Source of the DNA: an uncultured Clostridia bacterium
GTDB lineage: Bacteria > Bacillota > Clostridia > TANB77 > CAG-508
NCBI GenBank assembly: GCA_904419495.1
Contig: CAJFRV010000003.1
Coordinates: 5,178-69,177 of the forward strand
Length of the DNA: 64,000 bases
Reading direction: 5' to 3'
Part shown: piece by piece, positions 1-7,979 of the stretch
Numbering within the stretch: the stretch's first letter is position 1
Layout of the letters: the number at the start of each line of letters is the position of its first letter
Position numbers and translations under genes: made by a program
Notes under the pieces: model-generated
Told to the model about the DNA's origin: nothing
Databases searched by the model: none
Seen by the model: only the letters and a program-made list of their open reading frames with translations

Positions 1-3
1 TTA

Positions 4-32
4 CATTCTAGAAAATTCAACTTTCTAGAATG
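4..32. other. perfect 11-bp stem / 7-nt loop hairpin at window edge
   Basis: cattctagaaa (4-14) is the reverse complement of tttctagaatg (22-32). There is no adjacent T-run, and the owner gene lies outside the window. Confidence 0.3.
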
Positions 33-258
33 CAAAAACAATATTGTACAGAAAATTGTATAACAATTTTTTCTTCAACAAATCTTTATGCATATTCAAA
101 AATTTAAATAAATATAAAGAAATTTTTGAATACGCAAGAATGTCCTTTTACTCTGATAGTTACACAATTTTACTTGCGAAAAATTGACACACTAACAATA
201 ATGCCGACTTTAAAATGTTATAAATAGATAAAATGTTAAAAAAAGCCCACTATTGTTC

Positions 259-287
259 TTGCAAAAAGAAAATGGTTAGTATATAAT
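259..287 (+). promoter_or_regulatory. sigma-A-type promoter candidate upstream of folD
   Basis: TTGCAA (259-264), 17-nt spacer, TATAAT (282-287). Confidence 0.5.
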
Positions 288-343
288 CAGTTGAGAAAAA
301 AGGAAAGGAGATATAGAGTCATATACTCTATAAAATAGAAAAA

Positions 344-1192
344 ATGGCAGTAATAATAGATGGAAAAGAATTATCAAAAAAGGTAAGAGAAAATTTAAAA
401 ATAGAATGTGAGAATTTAAGAAAAAAAGGAATTATACCAAAATTTGCAGTTATTATGGTAGGAGATGATCCAGCCTCAAAGGTATATGTTAGAAATAAAA
501 GTAAAGCATGTGATGAAATTGGAGTAAAATATGAGGAACATATATTAGATGCGAGTATAACACAAAAAGAATTAATAAACCTAATTCATGAATTGAATGA
601 AGATAAAAGCGTAAATGGAATATTATTACAAAGTCCAATTCCAAAACATTTAGATATAGATGAAGCATTTAGAGAAATTTCCTATGAAAAAGATGTAGAC
701 GGATTTAATCCAGTAAATGTAGGAAAATTATTATTAAATCAAGATACTTTTGTATCATGTACACCATATGGAATTATGAAAATGTTTGAAGAATACAATA
801 TAGATTTAGAAGGAAAAAATTTAGTCATTATTGGAAGAAGTAATATTGTAGGAAAGCCACTTATGGCATGTTGTTTAAACAAACATGCGACAGTAACAAT
901 TTGTCATTCAAGAACGAAAGATTTAAAAGAAAAGACACGAAATGCAGATATATTAGTAGCTGCTATTGGAAAACCAAATTATGTAACAGCTGATATGATA
1001 AAAGAAGGAGCAGTCATTATAGATGTTGGAATAAATAGAGGGAAAGATAAGAAAATAACCGGTGATGTCGATTTTGAAAATGTAAAAGAAAAAGCAAGTT
1101 ATATTACACCAGTTCCCGGGGGAGTAGGACCAATGACAGTAGCAATGCTCATGAATAATGTTATAAAAGCAACAATTAACCAAAATAAATAG
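344..1192 (+). CDS. folD: bifunctional methylenetetrahydrofolate dehydrogenase/cyclohydrolase
   Basis: 282-aa ORF with MAVIIDGKELSKK N-terminus and the FolD hallmarks VGDDPASKVYVRNK, GRSNIVGKP and PVPGGVGPMT. Confidence 0.93.
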   Translation: MAVIIDGKELSKKVRENLKIECENLRKKGIIPKFAVIMVGDDPASKVYVRNKSKACDEIGVKYEEHILDASITQKELINLIHELNEDKSVNGILLQSPIPKHLDIDEAFREISYEKDVDGFNPVNVGKLLLNQDTFVSCTPYGIMKMFEEYNIDLEGKNLVIIGRSNIVGKPLMACCLNKHATVTICHSRTKDLKEKTRNADILVAAIGKPNYVTADMIKEGAVIIDVGINRGKDKKITGDVDFENVKEKASYITPVPGGVGPMTVAMLMNNVIKATINQNK

Positions 1193-1202
1193 AAAAAATA
1201 GG

Positions 1203-1227
1203 GCACTTTTGATAAAGTGCTTTTTGT
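1203..1227 (+). terminator. intrinsic terminator after folD
   Basis: gcacttt/aaagtgc stem with 4-nt loop, followed by TTTTTGTATTTT. Confidence 0.6.
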
Positions 1228-1298
1228 ATTTTAGAGAATAGATAATGTACAAAGACTTCTAACATAAAAATTAAACTTACTAGAAGAGGAGGTATAAT

Positions 1299-2168
1299 AT
1301 TAATCATTTAGAAAATAAAAAATATTGGATATGGCTATCATTAATAGAAAAATTAGGACCTAAATGTAAACATAGATTATTAGAAATATATAAAACACCT
1401 GAAATAATTTATAATTTGAAAAAGCAAGAAATTATGAATATAAAAGGGTTTAATGAAACATTGGCTAATATGCTATTAGATAAAGAAAAAAGAGATAAAT
1501 TAGAAAAATACATGGAAGATATGCAAAAACAAGGGATTGATATAGTAACGATAGAAGATAAAGAATATCCACAATTATTAAAAAATATATATGATTATCC
1601 CATTTCCTTATATTGTAAGGGAAATAAAAAAATCTTGAATAGAATATCATTTGGAATTATCGGATGCAGAGAAGCAAGTTCATATGGTATAAAAGTAGCA
1701 CGATATTTTTCATATTATTTATCCCAAAAAGGGAGTAACATTGTAAGCGGATTAGCAAAAGGAATTGATAGTCATGCACATATAGGAGCTTTGCAAGCAA
1801 ATGGAAAAACGATAGGTATTATAGGAAGTGGATTAGATGTCATATATCCTAAAGAAAATCAATATTTATATGATAAAATTATAAAACAAAATGGTGCTAT
1901 ATTATCTGAATATCCACTAGGAGTAGAACCTATAAAAATGCATTTTCCAGCAAGGAATAGAATTATTAGTGGAATTAGTAAAGGAATTATCGTGGTTGAA
2001 GCTAAAAAGAAAAGTGGAACATTGATAACAGTGGATTTTGCTTTAGAACAAGGGAGAGATGTTTATGTTGTTCCGGGAAATATTGATTCCATAAATTCAG
2101 TTGGAACAAATGATTTAATTAAACAAGGAGCTCAAATAGCAACAATATTTAAAGATATAAAATTCTAG
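1299..2168 (+). CDS. dprA: DNA-processing protein DprA/Smf, start placed at ATT 1299
   Basis: Core motifs GIIGCREASSYG, GLAKGIDSHAH and VVEAKKKSGTLIT. The frame is open from 1284 and encodes a DprA-like N-terminus (YWIWLSLIEKLGPK) upstream of the ORF-track TTG at 1416. AGGAGG lies at 1287-1292. Confidence 0.8.
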   Translation: MNHLENKKYWIWLSLIEKLGPKCKHRLLEIYKTPEIIYNLKKQEIMNIKGFNETLANMLLDKEKRDKLEKYMEDMQKQGIDIVTIEDKEYPQLLKNIYDYPISLYCKGNKKILNRISFGIIGCREASSYGIKVARYFSYYLSQKGSNIVSGLAKGIDSHAHIGALQANGKTIGIIGSGLDVIYPKENQYLYDKIIKQNGAILSEYPLGVEPIKMHFPARNRIISGISKGIIVVEAKKKSGTLITVDFALEQGRDVYVVPGNIDSINSVGTNDLIKQGAQIATIFKDIKF

Positions 2169-2268
2169 AATAGGGTTTTAGTTATTTCAACAGAAATTTA
2201 CATTCTGTATATTTACTTATCATATTTTAAATGATATAATAACAAAAATATAAAAATGGGAGAGAAGA

Positions 2269-2943
2269 ATGACAAGAGTAAAGTTAAGAGATAGAATATT
2301 ACCTCAATATACAAAGGGAGAAGAAATATTCAATATGACATCTCACATTGTAGGTGCAGTTTTAGGAATTGTAGCGACAGTTTTGTGTATTGTTTTTGCT
2401 GCTATTCATGGAAATGGATATGGAGTTGTTAGTGGAGCTATTTATGGTGTTACAATGATTATATTATATACCATGTCTAGTATTTATCATGGACTAAGCC
2501 CTAAGAGATATTCTAAAAGAGTATTCCAAGTATTAGATCATTGTTCCATTTTTTTATTAATTGCAGGGTCTTATACACCTTTTGCATTATGCACTTTAAG
2601 AGAATATAATACAGCAACTGGATGGACAATATTTGGAATTATATGGGCAATGGCAATATTAGGAATTGTTTTGAATTCTATAGATATAAAAGCATTTAAA
2701 AAATTCTCAATGATATGTTATTTAATCATGGGATGGTGTATTGTAGTAAAAATAAATCTTTTACCACAGTTACTAGGAATAGCAGGATTTAGCTTGTTGT
2801 TGCTTGGAGGAATTGCATATTCTATAGGAGCTATATTGTATGGTATTGGAAAAAAACATAAATGGATGCATTCTGTATTTCACATGTTTATATTATTAGG
2901 GAGTATATTACAATTTTTCTGTATATTACTATATGTTATGTAA
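2269..2943 (+). CDS. hemolysin III / PAQR-family membrane protein
   Basis: 224 aa with multiple TM segments and motifs SSIYHGLSP, QVLDHCSIFLLIAGSYTPF and HSVFHMF. Confidence 0.85.
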   Translation: MTRVKLRDRILPQYTKGEEIFNMTSHIVGAVLGIVATVLCIVFAAIHGNGYGVVSGAIYGVTMIILYTMSSIYHGLSPKRYSKRVFQVLDHCSIFLLIAGSYTPFALCTLREYNTATGWTIFGIIWAMAILGIVLNSIDIKAFKKFSMICYLIMGWCIVVKINLLPQLLGIAGFSLLLLGGIAYSIGAILYGIGKKHKWMHSVFHMFILLGSILQFFCILLYVM

Positions 2944-3115
2944 CAAAAAAAGAAGGTCAAAAAACCTTCAAACACTCACAGATATAAATATATTTTAGCA
3001 CAAAATGATTAAAAAATCAAATTAAAGAAAGTGAAAGAAAAAGAGAATATACATGAAAAAATGAGATATAATAATATAAAGGAAGAAAAAATATAGTTTA
3101 AAAAGAAAAAGTCAT

Positions 3116-3144
3116 TTGTAAAAAATATTTAAATATGTTAATAT
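3116..3144 (+). promoter_or_regulatory. extended -10 promoter candidate for the downstream sRNA
   Basis: TTGTAA (3116-3121), 17-nt spacer ending in TGT, TAATAT (3139-3144). Confidence 0.45.
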
Positions 3145-3151
3145 ATAAATA

Positions 3152-3361
3152 ATCTAATAAAGTTTGCAAAATCCCTGCATAGTACGTAAGAGCATAATTT
3201 TTAGAACCAACAAATTTTAAGAGGGGCTGATCTCTCAAATATGGCGTGCATGCTCACAGATAATAGTGAGAAGCCCATAAGTATTTAGGTAAGCACCCAC
3301 CTGTTTTTAGGAGCAGGTCCTTAAAAATTAAAAAGCTGACGGCTAAGGCGGGGCTTTTTTT
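3152..3361 (+). ncRNA. structured, rod-like small RNA candidate (6S-RNA-like architecture; identity unproven)
   Basis: GC-richer island in a 460-bp gap with no ORF. The 5' segment ccctgcatagtacgtaagagcataatttttagaacc (3173-3210) pairs imperfectly with the 3' segment ggtccttaaaaattaaaaagctgacggctaaggcgggg (3317-3354). Internal hairpins are ctcac/gtgag and acctg/caggt. A T7 run ends it at 3355-3361. Confidence 0.5.
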
Positions 3362-3403
3362 ATGTTAATAGTATAAAATAAATACAGGAAAGAAGGTGGT
3401 CAT

Positions 3404-4249
3404 ATGACAATTAAACAAGCATTGATAAAAGGTGTTACTGTATTAAAATTAGAAAAGATTTCTACACCAAAATTAAAAGCAAGACTATTATTACAATATG
3501 TATTAAAAAAGCCAAGACAATATTTAATTGTATATGACAATCAAAAGTTAACAGAAAAAGAAGAGCAAGACTATTTAAAATATATAGAATTATTAAAACA
3601 AGGAGAACCAATAGAACATATTACACATCAAAAAGAATTTATGAAATTAAACTTTTATGTAGATGAAAATGTGTTAATACCAAGGCAAGATACAGAAATA
3701 TTAGTAGAAGAGGTCATAACGATAGCTAAAAAAACAAGAGCAAAAAAAATACTAGATTTGTGTACAGGAAGTGGAGCAATTGCAGTATCTTTAGCAAAAT
3801 ATTTAGAAAATGTACAAATAACAGCTTTAGACATTAGTGGAAAGGCATTAGATATTGCGATTGCCAATGCGAAAAATAATCATGTTCAAGATAAAATTAC
3901 ATTTGTAGAATCAAATCTTTTCGAAAATTTAGCACCAGAAAAATATGATATCATTGTTTCTAATCCACCATATATTAGACGAAAAGAATTAGAAATATTA
4001 GATAGAGAAGTAAAAAGAGAACCACAGATAGCTTTGGATGGAGGAGAAGATGGTTTAGATTTTTATAGAAAAATTATAGATATTGGATATCAATATTTAA
4101 AATATGGAGGATATATTTGTCTAGAAATTGGATATGACCAAAAAGAAGAAATTATGCAGATTATAAAAGATAAAAAACAATATATAAATACATATTGTAA
4201 AAAAGATTTATATGATAATGATAGAATCATTGTAACAAAATTAGGATAG
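3404..4249 (+). CDS. prmC: peptide-chain-release-factor glutamine N5-methyltransferase
   Basis: 281 aa with SAM-binding site LDLCTGSGAI and catalytic NPPY (VSNPPYI). Confidence 0.9.
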   Translation: MTIKQALIKGVTVLKLEKISTPKLKARLLLQYVLKKPRQYLIVYDNQKLTEKEEQDYLKYIELLKQGEPIEHITHQKEFMKLNFYVDENVLIPRQDTEILVEEVITIAKKTRAKKILDLCTGSGAIAVSLAKYLENVQITALDISGKALDIAIANAKNNHVQDKITFVESNLFENLAPEKYDIIVSNPPYIRRKELEILDREVKREPQIALDGGEDGLDFYRKIIDIGYQYLKYGGYICLEIGYDQKEEIMQIIKDKKQYINTYCKKDLYDNDRIIVTKLG

Positions 4250-4412
4250 TGTCCAATTGGGGACGTTTCTTTTTGGGACATTTTTATGTAAAGTTAGTCG
4301 AATGTATTCTAAATACTAATAATATATAAAATTAAAATATCATATAATTATTAAAGTTATAATCATAACTTTACATAAAAATGTCCCAAAAAGAAACGTC
4401 CCCAATTGGACA
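4250..4412. repeat. 163-bp element with perfect 47-bp terminal inverted repeats (MITE-like / giant hairpin)
   Basis: 4250-4296 (tgtccaattggggacgtttctttttgggacatttttatgtaaagtta) is the exact reverse complement of 4366-4412. The spacer is 69 bp and AT-rich. Confidence 0.85.
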
Positions 4413-4433
4413 GAATAGAAAAAGGAGGAAACA

Positions 4434-5321
4434 ATGTCTTTTTCATCAGATATAAAACAAGAATTGAATAAGGCAAATAGTTTGGTTAATAAAGAAAATG
4501 TAAAATTTGAGTTAATGGGCTATTGTATTTCTGGAAATACAGATGTAATAAAAGGAAAGAATATTCGATTTTCAACAGAAAGTGATTATAATATTAATCG
4601 ATTTTCAAAATTATTATCAAATTTAGAAATTAATCATGATATGGATGTCAATGGAAAAACATTTCATATTGTGACAAAAGCATTTGACATTCATAAATTG
4701 GAATATTTAGAGATAAGAGAAAATGAAATTTGTGTAAAAAGTGAAATAAAAAATATAGAAACAGATGACCAGATAAAGGCATTTATTAGAGGTTGCTTTT
4801 TAGGAGCAGGTTCTATTAATAATCCAGAAAATTCTTATCATTTAGAGATTGTTTTATCAAATGAAAACAATTTGAAAGTATTCCAAGAACTGTTAAGCAA
4901 TTTTGATATTCATATAAAAGAGTTAATTACCAAAAATCGATATTCTGCTTATATAAAAGAAGGAGAAGAAATTTCAAAGTTATTGGCAGTTATTGGAGCT
5001 AATAGAGCAGTTATGCAATTTGAAGATATCAGAATACAAAAAGAGATGAGAGGAAAAGTAAACCGAATTGTCAATTGTGAAACAGCGAATTTGAGCAAAA
5101 CAATTAATGCAGCGATTGAGCAAATTGCAGCTATTAAAAAGTTGCAAGAAGAAGGTAAATTTAATAAATTAGATGATAATTTAAAAGAAATTGCCATATT
5201 AAGAATAGAAAATCCAGATATGCCATTAGTAGAATTAGGAAAGTTATTGAAAGAACCACTAGGAAAATCAGGTGTAAATTATAGATTAAAGAAAATCATG
5301 GAGATAGCAAATGGAAAATAG
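4434..5321 (+). CDS. whiA: DNA-binding protein WhiA
   Basis: 295 aa with N-terminus MSFSSDIKQEL, FIRGCFLGAGSINNPE and C-terminal HTH region GKSGVNYRLKKI. Confidence 0.85.
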   Translation: MSFSSDIKQELNKANSLVNKENVKFELMGYCISGNTDVIKGKNIRFSTESDYNINRFSKLLSNLEINHDMDVNGKTFHIVTKAFDIHKLEYLEIRENEICVKSEIKNIETDDQIKAFIRGCFLGAGSINNPENSYHLEIVLSNENNLKVFQELLSNFDIHIKELITKNRYSAYIKEGEEISKLLAVIGANRAVMQFEDIRIQKEMRGKVNRIVNCETANLSKTINAAIEQIAAIKKLQEEGKFNKLDDNLKEIAILRIENPDMPLVELGKLLKEPLGKSGVNYRLKKIMEIANGK

Positions 5322-6606
5322 AGAATTAGGGATTTATATACATATACCATTTTGTCAGCATAAATGTGATTATTGTGATTTTATTTCATTTTCAAATAAA
5401 CAAGATTTTATAGAACACTATGTGGAAACTGTAAAAAAGGAAATAAATAATTATTTTGAAGATAAAATATTGCTAGAAACATATACAATAACCACAATCT
5501 ATATTGGTGGAGGAACACCATCATATATTGATAGTAAGTATATCTGCGAAATAATGGAAGTATTAGAAAATAACTTAAAACAGAACAAAGTGAAATTTGA
5601 AGATATGGAAATTACCATAGAAGTAAATCCAGGAACAGTTACAAAGAAAAAATTAGAACAATATAGAAAAGCAAAAATCAATCGATTAAGTATAGGTCTA
5701 CAAAGTACGAATAATGAAATGCTAAAACAAATTGGAAGAATCCATACTTATGAACAATTTTTAGAAACTTACAAAATAGCAAAAGAGGTTGGTTTTGAAA
5801 ACATAAATGTGGACTTGATGATAGGGTTACCAAACCAAACAATAGAAGATATAAAAAGAAGTTTAAAAGAAATTGTGCAATTAAATCCTACACATATTAG
5901 TGTATATTCTTTAATTATAGAAGAAGGAACGGTAATAGCACGAAAAATAGAAAATCATCAGTTACAAGAAATGGATGAAGAACTGGAACGAAATATGTAT
6001 TGGTATGTGAAAAATACATTAGAATTAAATGGATATACGCATTATGAAATTTCTAACTTTGCAAAAGAAGGAAAAGAATCAAAACATAATATGAATTGCT
6101 GGAGGCAAAAAGAATATATTGGAATCGGATTAGCTGCACATTCCTATTTAAATTATGTTAGATATACCAATACTTCAGAAAGGGAGCAATATATTACTAG
6201 AACGAATAATAGAAATACAGATTTAGTAAAAGATATATTAGAATTAGCTCAAAATGATGAAAAATTGAACTTAGAAGAAAACATAGAAAATGTGGAATTA
6301 TCTAATAACAATAAAAAAACAAATCTCAAAGAAAAGGAAAAATATATAGAAATGATTTATGAGATAGAAGAAGTACAAGATGTAGAATCCAGAAAAAAAG
6401 AATATATGCTTTTAGGATTAAGAACCATAGAAGGTGTATCTATCTCAAAATTTAAAGAGAAATATATAGATAATCCTATATTTCTATTTAGAAAAGAATT
6501 AGAAAAACTAGTAGAAGAAAAATTGGTCGTGATAGATGGCGATTATATAAAACTTACTAATAAAGGATTAGATTTAGCAAATTTGGTGTGGGAAGAATTT
6601 ATTTAA
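5311..6606 (+). CDS. hemW: radical SAM heme chaperone HemW (HemN-like), with an Asn/Glu/Lys-rich insertion of roughly 50 aa
   Basis: IYIHIPFCQHKCDYCDF radical-SAM cluster motif and GGGTPS. It overlaps whiA by 11 nt. At 431 aa it is longer than I would expect for HemW. Confidence 0.85.
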   Translation: MENRELGIYIHIPFCQHKCDYCDFISFSNKQDFIEHYVETVKKEINNYFEDKILLETYTITTIYIGGGTPSYIDSKYICEIMEVLENNLKQNKVKFEDMEITIEVNPGTVTKKKLEQYRKAKINRLSIGLQSTNNEMLKQIGRIHTYEQFLETYKIAKEVGFENINVDLMIGLPNQTIEDIKRSLKEIVQLNPTHISVYSLIIEEGTVIARKIENHQLQEMDEELERNMYWYVKNTLELNGYTHYEISNFAKEGKESKHNMNCWRQKEYIGIGLAAHSYLNYVRYTNTSEREQYITRTNNRNTDLVKDILELAQNDEKLNLEENIENVELSNNNKKTNLKEKEKYIEMIYEIEEVQDVESRKKEYMLLGLRTIEGVSISKFKEKYIDNPIFLFRKELEKLVEEKLVVIDGDYIKLTNKGLDLANLVWEEFI

Positions 6607-6619
6607 TTAATTGAAAAAG

Positions 6620-6649
6620 TTGACATAAACTTGAATTTAAAAGTAAAAT
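6620..6649 (+). promoter_or_regulatory. promoter candidate for the amidoligase gene
   Basis: TTGACA (6620-6625), 18-nt spacer, TAAAAT (6644-6649). Confidence 0.45.
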
Positions 6650-6700
6650 ATGATAAAATATTTAGGTAAAAAATCATATAGTAAGCAAAAGGAGAAATTT

Positions 6701-7753
6701 ATGAAGTTAGATTCGCCAAAACCACTAAAAAGAATAGCAGTTTTAAAAGATTTTAAATATGGAGTTGAAATTGAGTTCCCATATAGAATAAAAGATGAAG
6801 AAACATTATTATATAATTTTAATCACTATAATAAAAATGAATTAAATAATCAATGGAAATTTAATAAAGAATTGACAAATGAATATCCAAAGGAGGTTGC
6901 TATTGGAGAATTTGTATCTCCTATTCTGAATGAAAGTGATGTTAGGTCTTTAGACCAAGTAAATCTAATTTTACAATTAGTTAAAGCTTTTCAACACCCA
7001 GTATTAAAAGCAAAAGAAAGAAATACACATTTTCATTTTGATATGGATTTACTAGGGGATTCTCTTGAACATTTACCTTCATTTTTAAGTATTTATAGAG
7101 CGTATGAAATTATTTTTTCTAGAATAATATCTTGTGAAACCAGTTTGGTTAGAAAAAAGGGGATATCTGATAGAATAGCCAAATCATTAAAAAATATTTC
7201 CATTTCAGATATTTTAAGAACATATAATGGAGGAGAATACAATTTAGAAAATTTAAAGAAATTTAGGAAGTTACCGATTAATTTATTTAATGTGGGGGCT
7301 TTTTACGAAGCAAAAAGTAAAAATGCAATCCCATGTGTTATAAGCGAAAAAAGTGATAGCATGCAAAAACAATTACAAACTGTAAGATTTGTTGTAGATG
7401 CGGGATTATATGATTCATCAAAATATCAAATTTTAAAGAAATTAACACCAACTGTTGAATTTAGAATAACACCATCAACAACAGATTTAGGCTATTTCCA
7501 ACAAAATCTGTTACTATTTAGTGATTTATTCCTTATGGCTCAAAATCTAGAAAGAATACAAGGACTTAAACAAAAAGTAGATACAAGAAATAAATTAATT
7601 GATGAAAAAGGACCAAGTGTTTTTGAAAAGGGTATTGATGAAGGCATAAGTGATATAACACATTTTTTACAACCAGAATTACGAGATAGATTGCAAATGC
7701 AATATATGTTTGCAGAACAAGTACCTTTATATAGTAATTCAATAAATAGGTAA
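6701..7753 (+). CDS. amidoligase-family (glutamine-synthetase-like, Amidoligase_2-type) protein
   Basis: The motif series typical of this family is present: YGVEIEF, GEFVSPIL, NTHFHFD, LPINLFNV and PTVEFRITPSTTD. The start is moved to ATG 6701, behind AAAGGAG. Confidence 0.6.
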   Translation: MKLDSPKPLKRIAVLKDFKYGVEIEFPYRIKDEETLLYNFNHYNKNELNNQWKFNKELTNEYPKEVAIGEFVSPILNESDVRSLDQVNLILQLVKAFQHPVLKAKERNTHFHFDMDLLGDSLEHLPSFLSIYRAYEIIFSRIISCETSLVRKKGISDRIAKSLKNISISDILRTYNGGEYNLENLKKFRKLPINLFNVGAFYEAKSKNAIPCVISEKSDSMQKQLQTVRFVVDAGLYDSSKYQILKKLTPTVEFRITPSTTDLGYFQQNLLLFSDLFLMAQNLERIQGLKQKVDTRNKLIDEKGPSVFEKGIDEGISDITHFLQPELRDRLQMQYMFAEQVPLYSNSINR

Positions 7754-7795
7754 AATTAATAGGCAGTTGAAATTTACTAAAATTTTGAAAAAAGC

Positions 7796-7825
7796 TTGAC
7801 AAAACAATAAAGGATATGATATTAT
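7796..7825 (+). promoter_or_regulatory. promoter of the infC-rpmI-rplT operon
   Basis: TTGACA (7796-7801), 18-nt spacer, TATTAT (7820-7825). Confidence 0.5.
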
Positions 7826-7961
7826 ATTTAACGTTACAAGAAGAAGTCAAACTTCTCACCTTATCCAATTAAGGAAAAAGGTTAGAAATTAAATATGATT
7901 AGCACATTTAATGCTAATTTTATTTTAGATTTGGCTTGTAACAAAAGTCAAATTTTTTTTA
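7826..7961 (+). promoter_or_regulatory. L20-leader-type attenuator upstream of infC
   Basis: Leader of about 150 nt with hairpin attagca/tgctaat (7898-7918). A terminator hairpin agatttggc/gtcaaattt (7927-7955) follows, with the T-run continuing to 7961. It ends 19 nt before the infC start. Confidence 0.5.
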
Positions 7962-7979
7962 TTATTGGAGGTGTTTTGT

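Noticed and set aside
953-1252. 99-aa minus-strand ORF overlapping the 3' end of folD. Similar antisense ORFs occur at 1465-1650, 3655-3867, 4949-5197, 8118-8401, 9825-10051 and elsewhere.
   Set aside because: They lie antisense to well-supported genes, have no SD and translate to low-complexity Phe/Ile/Leu/Ser-rich sequences. This is typical of chance ORFs on the opposite strand of AT-rich coding DNA.
3223-3231. ggggctgat inside the sRNA candidate resembles the 5' end of tmRNA (GGGGCTGAT...)
   Set aside because: The rest of the tmRNA is missing: there is no tRNA-like 3' end (TPsiC arm / CCA context), no tag reading frame and no pseudoknot series, and the element is only about 200 nt. I treat the match as coincidental.
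4250-4412. The 47-bp inverted repeats could mark an invertible promoter (phase-variation switch) upstream of whiA
   Set aside because: The invertible segment would be only 69 bp, much shorter than known recombinase-driven switches (about 150-300 bp or more). No promoter with good -35/-10 spacing lies in the spacer, and no recombinase gene is nearby. A MITE or RNA hairpin is the better explanation.
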